In this document: positions 30,691 through 41,543 of the stretch, piece after piece
Layout: every line of letters begins with the position of its first letter
How positions within the stretch are numbered: the first letter of the stretch is position 1
From: a virus
IMG/VR virus record: IMGVR_UViG_3300004369_000002
Location: 32,001-96,000 of that record
DNA: 64,000 bases
Strand: one strand, 5' to 3'
Translations under genes and position numbers: made by a program
Notes under the pieces: generated by a model
What the model saw: the letters and a program-made list of their open reading frames with translations, nothing else
Database searches by the model: none
What the model was told of the DNA's origin: nothing

Positions 30691-32022
30691 ATGGCCATCA
30701 ATGTCACCCCCCAACCAGAACTTCTCAGGGACACCTATCCGCTTCCGCTTTTTGGTGTCTGGTCAAACTACAACAACAACCCAGTGATGCATGTGTACGA
30801 CTCCGACTTCGCTCCAGTGTCTATCAGTACAACACCAACCTACGCTTACACATCCATGGAATTGTATTCGGCGTTCACCACCCAGAATTACACGCAGTCC
30901 CTGGTCGGCACAAACACCTCCAACTACACCATCGCCTCCTGCTTCAACAACAGTTTTGCCGGACACCAGTTCGTTAATGGTGGTGCGTCGGGAGCGTTCT
31001 CCCACCAACATGTTGACAACGTGGCTGCATCAATCTTGGACGCCGGTAACACCCTTCATTCCGTTCCGGGCTATCGACCCGACTGGTACATCGCCCAGAA
31101 CAACCTGACCCTTCAGATGCGGACACGAAACACACACGTGCCCCTAGACAGTCTGACGATCAGTTCGACGTATGCGACAGCACCCACCGGAACCTCCAGG
31201 GGCATGGTGTGCTACAACGACACAACCCGACGTTTGATTGCGATTACGGCCCTGGATACATCTAACAACTACCGGATGCATGTCTGGACAGCACCTAACG
31301 ACCGGCTCACCGGCAAGGCAGGAGAACTCCATACTTTCCTCACCAATGCTAAAAACGAACTAAACGGAGGGTCGTACCAGTATCGCGACTTCTCGCATGC
31401 GACCACTGGCTCGGGTAACTATAACGAGTCGCGCTACCGGATGAGCGTCATCCTTGACGATTTGGGCAACGTGGGATTGGTGCGATTTACTCCATCGACA
31501 AATCTTAATTATGCGATCCTGCTCAAGGCTGGGGCGGGATGGAATACTCCAGTCGTGTATGAAACCTTGGCTGCCACGACCTCCTACGGATATGAGCAAG
31601 GCAACCGGTATGGCATTCGAAGCAATATGACCTGGGATAACAACTGGGTGGCCTCCTACGCTCCGTATTACTACTATGGCTCAGGTGTCAACGTTTTCTT
31701 CGTTGATTCCAGAAACTGTCAAAATTACTATCACTACTCAAATACCAGCACTTCAGTCGGCCACCAGTTTGCACCTGCCAAGGAATCTGGGTTTGTCATC
31801 GGAATCTCCAATAACGCTGACGGAACGGTGGGCATGAGGCACGATTTTGTTGACCTGCAAGCCATTCAGGATTCTGGTCGCTTGCCGAATGGGACGACAA
31901 TTGCGAACGGAGAAACCCTGTCATCCATCTCTAACCGTCTGTACAGCATTGACACGGGTTACAACTCCACCAACTACCCGTGCATTATCACCATGGCATC
32001 ATGGAGAACCTGGAAGTCATAA
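30691..32022 (+). CDS. putative virion/fibre protein, Asn/Tyr/Ser-rich
   Basis: long ORF within the fibre block; beta-rich composition. Confidence 0.5.
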   Translation: MAINVTPQPELLRDTYPLPLFGVWSNYNNNPVMHVYDSDFAPVSISTTPTYAYTSMELYSAFTTQNYTQSLVGTNTSNYTIASCFNNSFAGHQFVNGGASGAFSHQHVDNVAASILDAGNTLHSVPGYRPDWYIAQNNLTLQMRTRNTHVPLDSLTISSTYATAPTGTSRGMVCYNDTTRRLIAITALDTSNNYRMHVWTAPNDRLTGKAGELHTFLTNAKNELNGGSYQYRDFSHATTGSGNYNESRYRMSVILDDLGNVGLVRFTPSTNLNYAILLKAGAGWNTPVVYETLAATTSYGYEQGNRYGIRSNMTWDNNWVASYAPYYYYGSGVNVFFVDSRNCQNYYHYSNTSTSVGHQFAPAKESGFVIGISNNADGTVGMRHDFVDLQAIQDSGRLPNGTTIANGETLSSISNRLYSIDTGYNSTNYPCIITMASWRTWKS

Positions 32023-32273
32023 TGAGCGAAAAACTTTACACTCACGCCTTCTATGTAGGTGGGCAATTCTTGCTAACCGAAAATGGTGACATTGAACTCC
32101 CCACCCCCAGTGCCCTAGGACATAGATTCATCATGGGAGAATCCGGCGTTGAAGACCTCTACGGCGGGATTGACGACGATGCAGTACGACTCAAAGACTG
32201 GGAAGATGGGGTAGCAGCCGCTGAAGCCGCTGGCGAAGAACCGCCCCCGGATTTCCGAATCCCCAGCGAATGA
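32022..32273 (+). CDS. small partner/chaperone of the upstream protein
   Basis: TAATG coupling. Confidence 0.5.
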   Translation: MSEKLYTHAFYVGGQFLLTENGDIELPTPSALGHRFIMGESGVEDLYGGIDDDAVRLKDWEDGVAAAEAAGEEPPPDFRIPSE

Positions 32274-32319
32274 CCAGATAAACGACCATTTCCCCCCATA
32301 AACCAACCCAAGATAAATA

Positions 32320-32724
32320 ATGCCATTGTGGTATTATCAGACAGGGAGTTCTTCGGTTTGGAGAAACGTGATGACAGTAAAAAATGACTACTCTCTTGTC
32401 TTCGACAAAGAAAGCAAAGAGGGTTTTCGCTGGATTTCCCCAACCGAAGATCCCGGCATTGACGCCAAGGGCGACCTCATGGTCGGAACCCATGACGACA
32501 ACATGGCCCGCCTCCCCGTGGGGTCTAATGGATCACTACTGGTGGCAGACTCATCCCATACAACCGGCATGAGATGGGACTCTTCAGTGGAAGTCACCGC
32601 CAGTACCTTCGACTTCGGTGGAAAAGCGTTGGGTGGGATCAATGATCCCGTCCAGCCCAGTGATGTTTCAACAAAAAACTATGTCGACTTGACGGCGGCA
32701 GCATTAGCGATTGCATTGGGCTGA
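32320..32724 (+). CDS. short fibre adaptor (AKGD repeat, TKNYVD, C-terminal AIALG)
   Basis: motif content; start uncertain. Confidence 0.55.
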   Translation: MPLWYYQTGSSSVWRNVMTVKNDYSLVFDKESKEGFRWISPTEDPGIDAKGDLMVGTHDDNMARLPVGSNGSLLVADSSHTTGMRWDSSVEVTASTFDFGGKALGGINDPVQPSDVSTKNYVDLTAAALAIALG

Positions 32725-32732
32725 GGTTCTAA

Positions 32733-35700
32733 ATGGCAAAAGAATTAATTCACAACTATCGCTTTAATCCGGCGACAAACACCATTTACCTGCGTGGAAA
32801 CATTACGCCCGAAAAGTTTTTGTTGATCACCAACATCACACGCAACGAACCCCTTTACCTCTTTAACTCGCCAGCATACGGATTTGTCACAGTAGTCTTC
32901 GACCAAGAAACCGAAGAGACAGAAGTCATTCTGGTCGCAGACTGCTCAGCAATGTCTGCAAGCGACAAACTTCAGGTTTTCGTTGAATCATACGCCCAAG
33001 AATTCAGACCCACCAAAGAATTCATCGACCCTGTTCAAAAACTCAGAGTTTCTAACCCAGAAAACCTGATCGACACAGACTTCGAATATGGACTGCAGTC
33101 AACCAAGTGGGAAACCCTCCAGACTGTCAATAACATCCCGACGGTCTATTCTTCCTCTGGCGACCTTCCCGTGGAAGCAATCACATCAGTAGAGTCAATT
33201 GCCGGTTCAAAGCAGATTCGTGTGTCTACAGGAAGCCCTCACGGCGTGTCTCTTGGAGACCCGATCTCGGTGCAGGGCCTGACCCAATATCAGGCAGAAG
33301 GATATTTCACTGTCTCTGGCGTCCCAGACCCTCTGACTTTCTTCTACGAACTGGATGTCCCCGCTACTACAACCGGCGACATCTCTGGCGGCTACACGAC
33401 GATCATCCCCGCAAAGTTTTTTGACGGATCCGCCCTTCCAATCAATATTGAAGACGGAGCACTGTCAGACGAAAATAGCCCCTCTTTGTTGAGCGTCACC
33501 ACGAACGAAACTCACGGATTTTCCGCCGGAACCAAAGTCTATCTACGCAACACCGTAGGGCCAAAAGACCTCATCATTGTCGACCCAACAGGCACAGCGC
33601 CAGACAATAGGCCATACATCGATACTCAGCCGTCGTTTTCCATTTCATTGTCAGTTGACAACACGGCCTCTACAGGACGTGGAACATTCCGTGAACCGCA
33701 AACCGTGTCATGGGACTGGGAATCCACTTACGTAAAGTATCTTGCGACCAACGATTTCAACGGTGCAACCGACGAGGTGAACTGGCCCAACCATGGACTC
33801 CATGACCGGGCGTGCCTGTTGTTCAACACTCCGATTCAAGGCAATGACAATGGTGGCCTCACAGACGGATACGTGTACTACGTTAAAGTGGTTGATCAAG
33901 ACAAAATTCAGTTGTGCACAGACTATGAGCAACTGCTCAACGTGGTTCCTCTTTCGCTTTTGGACAACGACTTTGGTCCTTCGCGTCTAGGTCTTGTATA
34001 CAAGGTTGAAAGAAACAGCGGCACTACAAGGTATACGGCGAGTAACACACGCGGCGTTTCTTCAACTCAGACTTACTTGTATCACTACGGAAATAACACC
34101 ACGTACAACCATAATTTATCTCAATACACTGGCGGACAAAAGCCAGATTCGGTAAGAATCACCCAAGTTTATGGTTATAGCGGATATTATTGGGGCTATA
34201 CATACCACTATATTGGAAGGAATGGTTCGGCAGGCACGAACTTTGTTACTACATATCCGTACAGCGGAAGCGGGTACTGGTATGGCAATTATGACGCTAC
34301 CAGTTGGCTTTGGCAGTCCGGAAACGTATGGTATATCACGGGTCGTTCTTACTCTCCTTGGGGTTTTTATGGCTCGTCGTGGTTCAACACGACAGTTTCC
34401 TACACCGATCCAAATGGGGGCGCCGATCAGTCCGGCTACGACCTACGAACAGCCGTTTTCGGCCTCGGTTCAGACGACCCTGACAGAATGATCGCGTTCC
34501 AGGGGCGCACACCAGGGTCTTACAGCGCCTCGTCTGAGAACTTCTCGTATCTAGCCAACACGCGAACAAACGGTAGATATGGCGTTCTTGCCATCCCATA
34601 CCAAAATGACGTAGTCTCAGCCTCAACCCTTGATGGAACTTTCGTCAGCGACTACAACGACTCTGGTCTTGAAAGTTTCCCAACCAACTCGGAGATTTTC
34701 TACGGATTCGCCCGAACCCTGACTTCCGACCGAAATACCGTCTACTCACCCAACCACGGAATTGAAGAGCAAACAAACGCCACAATACAAGTCGACGCAA
34801 CCGACTACTTGAATGGCGACCGATTTGCGTACGCCGATTCCCAGGGAACAATAACGACAATCAACAGCCAAACAATAAATATTCAAATTATTCCGGTAAA
34901 CAACGATCTGTTTCGCATGCAGATTATTGGGGCACCAAACACCGACAATATCGTTCGTTACCCTCGCCGGTACTCCGTCTCTTACATCCAGGCCAACGAC
35001 TTCTACAACACCATTTATGTTAGCAACCATAAAGTTGTAGGTACTGAAGAAGCCGTCTACTCACACTCTGGGTACGATCCGGAACGAATCATCGAATACG
35101 CGGTTACCAATGACGGAGTGTCGGCCTACGTATTCACCTCTTCCGATACAAACATGGATGGATCGGCGCTAGTTACCGGTTCCAATCCAACACTTTCCCT
35201 CTACCGTGGAGTCACATACCATTTCACGTTAAATGCGCCCAGTCACCCTTTCTACATCAAAACATCCCCAACAACCGGGTCCGGAGATCAATACACAACA
35301 GGTGTTTCAGGTAACGGCAGTGATGTGGGCGTTGTTTTGTTTACCGTTCCGGCAGACGCCCCACCCACCCTGTATTACGCCTGTGGCGTCCACGCTGCTA
35401 TGCAGGGAGAAATAACCATCACCGAAATGCCCAACAACATCGGTGGACTTTCTTTCGGAGATACATACAACCTGAACCGAGTCAACGATTCGCGACTGGA
35501 AGTCATCGCAGCAATCAGTCAGGACGCATCTGCAACCACATCTGCCTACGGCTACCCGAATAATGCGACCCAAACTTTCTATGTGGATGTTGAAACTCCG
35601 CTAGGGATTGACCCTGCCGCCTGCACCATCGTCGGAATCGAATTCCGTGGCGACTTCAGCGACCGAAACGAATATTTGCTGTTGACATTTGATGATGGTG

Positions 35701-38474
35701 ACCAGTATTTCGTGGGCGTCAACGGCTCCGACTCTGCCATTTGGCAGCCCGAAACCGGTTTTGGCGTCAAGGACATCACTTCCCTACTTTCCGTTCAGGG
35801 AGGCAAGAAATCATTCCGTGTCACAGTCGACCCAACCAACCAGGTGAACTTCTATTACCTCGGGCAGTGGAACGCTTCCAACCTGTGGGAAATCCGTTTC
35901 ATTGTTTCTGGCGATACAGGCACAATCGGACTGTCTAGTGGAGGTGTCGGCGAGCAGAAGTTCTCCATCCCAACACTCCTTGGAGCATATGACGGCGTTT
36001 ATGGGGTTACGGACGTAACTTCACAAAACACCTTCGACTTGCAAACGGACTTTACGATACCTCGCCGCAAGTACCTGTTCACATCATCTGATGTTGATAA
36101 TGTCAGCAATACAATTACTTTTGCCAGCCCCCACAACCTGCTCACGGGCGAAGAAATTCAATACGATCCGAATGGAAATCAATCTATTTTCGATCAAATG
36201 TGGGATTCCCTCTACGCGATTGTAGTTGACGCCACGACAATTAAAATAGCGGTCAGTTCATTGTCGGCGATCAACAATGATTCACTAAACATAACCCCGC
36301 AAAGTGGAGCGCACCTTTTTTACACCACCAACGTAATAAAAGGCAACACCGGGTCGGGAATTGTCACGACGGTGGCAGGCGAAAAGGAAGTAACTGGATC
36401 CGGAACACGCTTCCTGTCGACCTTCAAAAGATTTGACCCTATTTGGATTGTAGAGAATGGCGTATCCAACCGCTACACCGTTGACGTCATCACAACCGAA
36501 GAGGCGATGGTCCTATTTGAAGCAGTAGAAACATCTCAAGTCGACGTCAACTACTTCTTCTCCACGCAAATAATTCTAAGGCCTGACGGATTCTCTCTTC
36601 ACAAACCATTCGACGGCGGAGTCGACATTACGGCTGGAACCTCCCCCAATAGCAAGATTGTCCGCCAGTCACGCAAATACTTCCGTTACCAGTCCGGTAA
36701 AGGCATTCAAAACTCCTTTGCAATCAACCTCAACCCGCCGCGACTGGTCGGTCAGTTGTCTCACTCCGGTTCCGGTATTGCCCTAGTCGAAACACAAGAA
36801 ATTCACAACCTGAAGGCGGGCAACCTTTTCGTCATGAAGGATGCCACGGTTACCTCTGGACAAAACCCGTACAACGGAGAATTCACCGTCCTTCAAGTTA
36901 TTGACCCATTCACCTTTACCTACGATATGGGTGCCGTTCCCACACAAACCAAGGCCGGAGGATACCCAACCTATTATCGGCGTTCCTGGAATGATGCATA
37001 CGTTCGGGCTGGAATGTTTGACGATCAAAACGGCTTCTTCTACGAGTACGACGGAAACAAGATTTACTGCGTTCGCCGTTCGTCGACTCAACAAATCGGC
37101 GGAACAGTCAACGTTACACGTGGTTCGCAGGTCATTACGGGCAACAGAACATCGTTCACAAGTCAACTAGGAGTTGGCAACAAGGTCGTAGTTCGCGGAC
37201 AGTCTTATCTGATCGTAGAAATATCTTCTGACACTCGCATGGTCGTACAGCCTGCATATCGTGGCGTTGACGCCCGAAACGTGAAGGCAACAATTACTGT
37301 CGATACCAGGGTCCCCCAAGAGGACTGGAGCATTGATCCCTGTGATGGGACAGGGCCTACCGGGTTTATTTTGAACGTCAACAAAATTCAAATGGGCTAT
37401 GCCGATTACTCTTGGTACGGTGCCGGTAAGATCCGTTTTGGATGGAAAGATCAGAACGGTGAAGTTCGTTACGTTCACGAGTTCAAACACAACAACCGTT
37501 TAGACGAATCGTATTTCCGTACAGGTAACTTGCCTGGCCGCTACGAAATCGAAAACGGCTCCAACGCAAACCACGCGCCAACCTTGTTTCACTTTGGTAC
37601 GTCGATCATTATGGACGGAACATTCGACGACGACAAGGCGTACCTATTCACAGCACAGTCAAAGCCGTTTGCTTTCACCAACGGTACCAGCATTTCGTTT
37701 AATACTAACGCTGGATCCTCTTATCAGTTGGTGACTCTGAACGGGCGGCGAGTCTGGGTGTATGCCCTTCCCGTACCTGAGGCTAACGCCCAGTCGGTGA
37801 GCACCGGTACTCTGATTCGGGATAACGGGAACGTAAGATTGCCTGAGGGCACTTATGTGACTCAGGTCAAACTAGATGGAGCGAATTCGCTGATCTATAC
37901 CTCGTATCCGGCGACGTCCACAGAACCTGGACCGCCCACTTACACCGACATTCCCAGCAGCACAAGCATCATTGCTGGTGAAACGACTGCAATTGACTTG
38001 ACGCGTCCTCTTCCGCTGATCTCAATTCGTTTGGCCCCATCCGTGGACTCGTCTCTGACGGGAGCGATCGGCGAACGTGAAATCATTAATCGAATGCAGT
38101 TGCAGTTACGTCAGGCTGGTGTGACTGCGAACCAGGACATTCTGGTGTTCTTGATTCTGAATGCCCTTCCGTCGTCGTTGCATTTCGACAAAGTCCAGCA
38201 GCCTTCCCTCTCCGAGTTGATTGAACATAATGCCGGAGAGACCCTTCTGAATGGTACGACCATCTATTCATTGAAGGCTTCGGCCGGTTCAACCGAGATC
38301 GACTTGAGCGAACTGCTAGAGATGGGTAACTCCATATTGGGTGGTGATGGAATCTTCCCATCTGGCCCAGACTTGTTGACTGTTGCTGTTCAACCCCAGA
38401 ACACGGCGGGCATTTCGGGGTCTACTCCGTTCTTCGTGTCAGGGAAAATCTCGTGGTCGGAAAGCCAGGCATAG
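32733..38474 (+). CDS. giant multidomain virion structural protein (1913 aa) with cupredoxin-like insert
   Basis: KLRVSNPENLIDTDFEYGLQSTKWE and RQSRKYFRYQSGKG motifs recalled from large myovirus structural proteins; HPF...CGVHAAM. Confidence 0.7.
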   Translation: MAKELIHNYRFNPATNTIYLRGNITPEKFLLITNITRNEPLYLFNSPAYGFVTVVFDQETEETEVILVADCSAMSASDKLQVFVESYAQEFRPTKEFIDPVQKLRVSNPENLIDTDFEYGLQSTKWETLQTVNNIPTVYSSSGDLPVEAITSVESIAGSKQIRVSTGSPHGVSLGDPISVQGLTQYQAEGYFTVSGVPDPLTFFYELDVPATTTGDISGGYTTIIPAKFFDGSALPINIEDGALSDENSPSLLSVTTNETHGFSAGTKVYLRNTVGPKDLIIVDPTGTAPDNRPYIDTQPSFSISLSVDNTASTGRGTFREPQTVSWDWESTYVKYLATNDFNGATDEVNWPNHGLHDRACLLFNTPIQGNDNGGLTDGYVYYVKVVDQDKIQLCTDYEQLLNVVPLSLLDNDFGPSRLGLVYKVERNSGTTRYTASNTRGVSSTQTYLYHYGNNTTYNHNLSQYTGGQKPDSVRITQVYGYSGYYWGYTYHYIGRNGSAGTNFVTTYPYSGSGYWYGNYDATSWLWQSGNVWYITGRSYSPWGFYGSSWFNTTVSYTDPNGGADQSGYDLRTAVFGLGSDDPDRMIAFQGRTPGSYSASSENFSYLANTRTNGRYGVLAIPYQNDVVSASTLDGTFVSDYNDSGLESFPTNSEIFYGFARTLTSDRNTVYSPNHGIEEQTNATIQVDATDYLNGDRFAYADSQGTITTINSQTINIQIIPVNNDLFRMQIIGAPNTDNIVRYPRRYSVSYIQANDFYNTIYVSNHKVVGTEEAVYSHSGYDPERIIEYAVTNDGVSAYVFTSSDTNMDGSALVTGSNPTLSLYRGVTYHFTLNAPSHPFYIKTSPTTGSGDQYTTGVSGNGSDVGVVLFTVPADAPPTLYYACGVHAAMQGEITITEMPNNIGGLSFGDTYNLNRVNDSRLEVIAAISQDASATTSAYGYPNNATQTFYVDVETPLGIDPAACTIVGIEFRGDFSDRNEYLLLTFDDGDQYFVGVNGSDSAIWQPETGFGVKDITSLLSVQGGKKSFRVTVDPTNQVNFYYLGQWNASNLWEIRFIVSGDTGTIGLSSGGVGEQKFSIPTLLGAYDGVYGVTDVTSQNTFDLQTDFTIPRRKYLFTSSDVDNVSNTITFASPHNLLTGEEIQYDPNGNQSIFDQMWDSLYAIVVDATTIKIAVSSLSAINNDSLNITPQSGAHLFYTTNVIKGNTGSGIVTTVAGEKEVTGSGTRFLSTFKRFDPIWIVENGVSNRYTVDVITTEEAMVLFEAVETSQVDVNYFFSTQIILRPDGFSLHKPFDGGVDITAGTSPNSKIVRQSRKYFRYQSGKGIQNSFAINLNPPRLVGQLSHSGSGIALVETQEIHNLKAGNLFVMKDATVTSGQNPYNGEFTVLQVIDPFTFTYDMGAVPTQTKAGGYPTYYRRSWNDAYVRAGMFDDQNGFFYEYDGNKIYCVRRSSTQQIGGTVNVTRGSQVITGNRTSFTSQLGVGNKVVVRGQSYLIVEISSDTRMVVQPAYRGVDARNVKATITVDTRVPQEDWSIDPCDGTGPTGFILNVNKIQMGYADYSWYGAGKIRFGWKDQNGEVRYVHEFKHNNRLDESYFRTGNLPGRYEIENGSNANHAPTLFHFGTSIIMDGTFDDDKAYLFTAQSKPFAFTNGTSISFNTNAGSSYQLVTLNGRRVWVYALPVPEANAQSVSTGTLIRDNGNVRLPEGTYVTQVKLDGANSLIYTSYPATSTEPGPPTYTDIPSSTSIIAGETTAIDLTRPLPLISIRLAPSVDSSLTGAIGEREIINRMQLQLRQAGVTANQDILVFLILNALPSSLHFDKVQQPSLSELIEHNAGETLLNGTTIYSLKASAGSTEIDLSELLEMGNSILGGDGIFPSGPDLLTVAVQPQNTAGISGSTPFFVSGKISWSESQA

Positions 38475-38477
38475 CCC

Positions 38478-39098
38478 ATGGGCGTCAATTCCAATAACCC
38501 GATGAATGTCAGTGCAGGTGTCTGCACGACTCTTACTAAGCCGACTAATCCTTATGAGGGTCAGATGGTGTATGTCACTGATCTTCAAGAGTTGCAGGTT
38601 TGGAATGGAACGGTCTGGTTTTCCATTTACAGTGATACAACCCCTATTGAAACGGCCATTGCACAAAACACGTCAGATATCGCCTCCATAGAAGTAACTC
38701 TTACTGTTTATGGTTCAAATATTTCGGCAAATGCTTCCGCAATAGCCGAAATTGAAAGCGACCTAGTTCTTTTTGATTCACAAATCCAATCGAACGCTTC
38801 CACCATTGCTTCATTGCCCGTCTTGCCGAATGGAGGTGGGGCCAGCAGCGTATTGGTGAAAAACTCTTCGGTGGATTATGACGTGGCTTGGATTCCCATA
38901 GTCACCGATGGTGTCTCCAGAACTCTTGTCGATGCCAAGGGGGACATTTTGGTTGCATCGGCTAATGACAATGTTGTTCGTCTAGGGGTTGGCTCTGACG
39001 GACAAGCCCTAGTTGCTGACTCGTCCACGGCGACTGGCTTGAACTGGGCAGATATTGCCGACCCGATACCGTTGATTTTGGCGCTTGGAGGACTCTGA
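38478..39098 (+). CDS. fibre protein (PYEGQ motif, coiled coil, AKGD repeat, C-terminal LILALGGL)
   Basis: motif content. Confidence 0.6.
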   Translation: MGVNSNNPMNVSAGVCTTLTKPTNPYEGQMVYVTDLQELQVWNGTVWFSIYSDTTPIETAIAQNTSDIASIEVTLTVYGSNISANASAIAEIESDLVLFDSQIQSNASTIASLPVLPNGGGASSVLVKNSSVDYDVAWIPIVTDGVSRTLVDAKGDILVASANDNVVRLGVGSDGQALVADSSTATGLNWADIADPIPLILALGGL

Positions 39099-39099
39099 A

Positions 39100-39420
39100 A
39101 TGGCTAATACCTTTACGAACACGCGCGCAGCGTTGACGGGGTCATCTGCGGTTGTTTACACCGTTCCGGTTGGGGCTACGGCCATCGTCCTTCTCGCTCA
39201 AGCAGCAAATGTCGATAACACTGGAGCGACTCCAGTAACTTTGATTTGGAACAACGGAACCGACGATACTCACTTGACAAAAGAAGTTTCTATTCCTGCA
39301 TACGCTGCCATCGGCTTACTGCAGGGCAAACTTGTTTTGAACCAGGGCAATAGCATTAAAGCGTACAGCGACGCCTCGTCTCGTGTGGAACTAACACTTT
39401 CGGTTCTGGAGATCACCTAA
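39100..39420 (+). CDS. ~106-aa 'YTVP' adaptor
   Basis: MANTF...VYTVP...KLVL...LSVLEIT. Confidence 0.65.
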   Translation: MANTFTNTRAALTGSSAVVYTVPVGATAIVLLAQAANVDNTGATPVTLIWNNGTDDTHLTKEVSIPAYAAIGLLQGKLVLNQGNSIKAYSDASSRVELTLSVLEIT

Positions 39421-40070
39421 TGTCTGGCTATATCGGTACGGTGCCAGATCCGACCGACGTAGCCGCTCCAGGGGTTTGGTCTATCAATGATGTTGCTTCC
39501 GGGGAAGCGGAGTCGCTTTGGCCAACGAATGAATCGTATGTTCACATTGCACGCACATTTGCCGGTGCTGGAGCCACCAGTTTGGTTCTAAATAATATCC
39601 CAGCAAATTTCACTGATTTGATGTTGTGTGGGACATTCACCTTTCAGGCTGGTGCTTTTGGTGGTTCGCAGCCTGGAGATTTGTTTCTTCAGTTGAACTA
39701 TACGACACCAGGTATCGCCTATAACTTTCTTCGTTTTTCGCAGGATCAGGCGGGTGTCATTTCTAATAGGGCATCCGGTTCACCCAACACAATTCAATTA
39801 AATAATCTCCCTCTTGCAATTGATTCACTTGTTGCAGTAACCATCAATATCCACGATTATCGTTCTGGCACCCCAAGTATAAATATTTCTGGTGAAGTGA
39901 ACGTTACAGATGTATCAAACTCAACTACAGAGGTAAATATAATTAGCGCATGCGCCGAGGTCAGCGCATTGTCAAGCATCCAAATATATTCCGACTATTT
40001 GCTTTTCGCCAGCAACTACTCTATAACTAATACTGTTGATTTGTATGGAACTAGACGGGTAACGCCATGA
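39420..40070 (+). CDS. triplet tip protein 2A
   Basis: GVWS...LWP N-terminal extension; NIPANFTDL...VDLYG. Confidence 0.55.
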   Translation: MSGYIGTVPDPTDVAAPGVWSINDVASGEAESLWPTNESYVHIARTFAGAGATSLVLNNIPANFTDLMLCGTFTFQAGAFGGSQPGDLFLQLNYTTPGIAYNFLRFSQDQAGVISNRASGSPNTIQLNNLPLAIDSLVAVTINIHDYRSGTPSINISGEVNVTDVSNSTTEVNIISACAEVSALSSIQIYSDYLLFASNYSITNTVDLYGTRRVTP

Positions 40071-40648
40071 CGTACGCGTACCAGCATATTCAAACATTTA
40101 CTCTTGCTTCAGACACGGCGAGCGTTGCCATAGGAAACCTCGCAGACGCGATGGCCATACCTGAAGTCAAGTCTATAGAACTACGAATTGAAGGCATTTC
40201 TACAGCAACTTCCGGAGACTACGACTTCGTTTCTCATACAATTGTAAGTTCAGGATCCGTTTGGGATTCAAGTTTTATCGCATGGGACGACTCCCTTTTC
40301 TTTATGCAGTCAAATGCGGCATACAATCAAACTGGTGGAATCATAGGTCAGTTGCCAACCCAATTAACCAGCCCTCAGACGCCGGGTTCGATTGTCTGTT
40401 TGTACCCCCACGTATATCGGTACGACGATTCGTTCAACCCAGGTCAAATCGGCTACGGAATGCTTACCGGTTTATCCAAGTCAAATTACATGGAAACCAA
40501 CCCGACTCGTCCGATTTTGGCTTACTCTAATATGAGTTACACGACAACGGGCTACATGACATCGCTTTTCAATTCCTCGGCTAGATTCCAGTTACAAAAC
40601 GGCTCTTTCAAAGCCGGAACAAAGTTCTCTTTTTACGGGTGGTGCTGA
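40067..40648 (+). CDS. triplet tip protein 2B
   Basis: YQHIQTFTLASDTASV...AGTKFSFYG. Confidence 0.55.
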   Translation: MTYAYQHIQTFTLASDTASVAIGNLADAMAIPEVKSIELRIEGISTATSGDYDFVSHTIVSSGSVWDSSFIAWDDSLFFMQSNAAYNQTGGIIGQLPTQLTSPQTPGSIVCLYPHVYRYDDSFNPGQIGYGMLTGLSKSNYMETNPTRPILAYSNMSYTTTGYMTSLFNSSARFQLQNGSFKAGTKFSFYGWC

Positions 40649-40649
40649 G

Positions 40650-41219
40650 ATGGGACAGCATGTTGAATTCATCGCCCAATTACGACCTGCTGGAACGACT
40701 GTGACCTCAATGGGGTGGGCTGATATTCCGCAGACCTATGAAGATCTCGTGATTCACTACACCGCCAAATCCACGACAACGGTAACCCAACAAGGAGGGG
40801 CTCCCGCTCCGCAAGTTCGGGTTGATCTCATCAGTTCCCCTTTCCCTACCACGTTGCAGACTGAAGTTTTTCAACTAGATCAACCCGAGTACGACTACCT
40901 AAGTCAGGCTGTTCCTGATATCAACCTTTTAGCCACAGACTCCAGATCCGCGCATTCGGTGGGCTGCGGGTGGATTAAAATATACAACTATTCTTTTGCT
41001 AACGGATCGCCCGTTTTTAAGGTGGAAGCATTTTCGGCACTTCCAGAATTTGCGTCAAACACAAACGACAATAAGCCGAGTCTATACGTTCATGGGACAG
41101 GAAGCGCGGAGGGATTGCCGGTGACAGATATAAATTTTGTTATATCAACAGGCTATTTTTCTACTTCGGCATTCATGAACTCCACATTTCGTTTATACGG
41201 AATCATAAACCGATTTTAA
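40650..41219 (+). CDS. triplet tip protein 2C
   Basis: DIPQTYEDL...STFRLYG. Confidence 0.55.
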   Translation: MGQHVEFIAQLRPAGTTVTSMGWADIPQTYEDLVIHYTAKSTTTVTQQGGAPAPQVRVDLISSPFPTTLQTEVFQLDQPEYDYLSQAVPDINLLATDSRSAHSVGCGWIKIYNYSFANGSPVFKVEAFSALPEFASNTNDNKPSLYVHGTGSAEGLPVTDINFVISTGYFSTSAFMNSTFRLYGIINRF

Positions 41220-41232
41220 GTAAGGAGAAACA

Positions 41233-41535
41233 ATGGAACAGTACCCCATGAAAACAATATTTGACATCAAGACGGGCCAAACGGAAACGGTTCCGTTTAC
41301 CGCCGAAGAATATGCGGAACTTGAACAACGACGAGAAGCCGCTGATCTAAACATGAGCGGAATCCGATCTCGTCGAAACTCACTTTTGTCAGCATCCGAC
41401 TGGACCCAACTGGCCGACTCCCCCTTGGACGATGACACCAAATCGGCATGGGCCACATACCGCCAGGAACTACGTGACCTGACAACAACATACTCGCGTG
41501 TTTCTGAAGTGGTCTGGCCAACTCCTCCGAGTTGA
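41233..41535 (+). CDS. tail fibre assembly chaperone (Tfa-like)
   Basis: RRNSLLSASDWTQLADSP...WATYRQELRDL...WPTPP. Confidence 0.85.
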   Translation: MEQYPMKTIFDIKTGQTETVPFTAEEYAELEQRREAADLNMSGIRSRRNSLLSASDWTQLADSPLDDDTKSAWATYRQELRDLTTTYSRVSEVVWPTPPS

Positions 41536-41543
41536 GGTGAATC

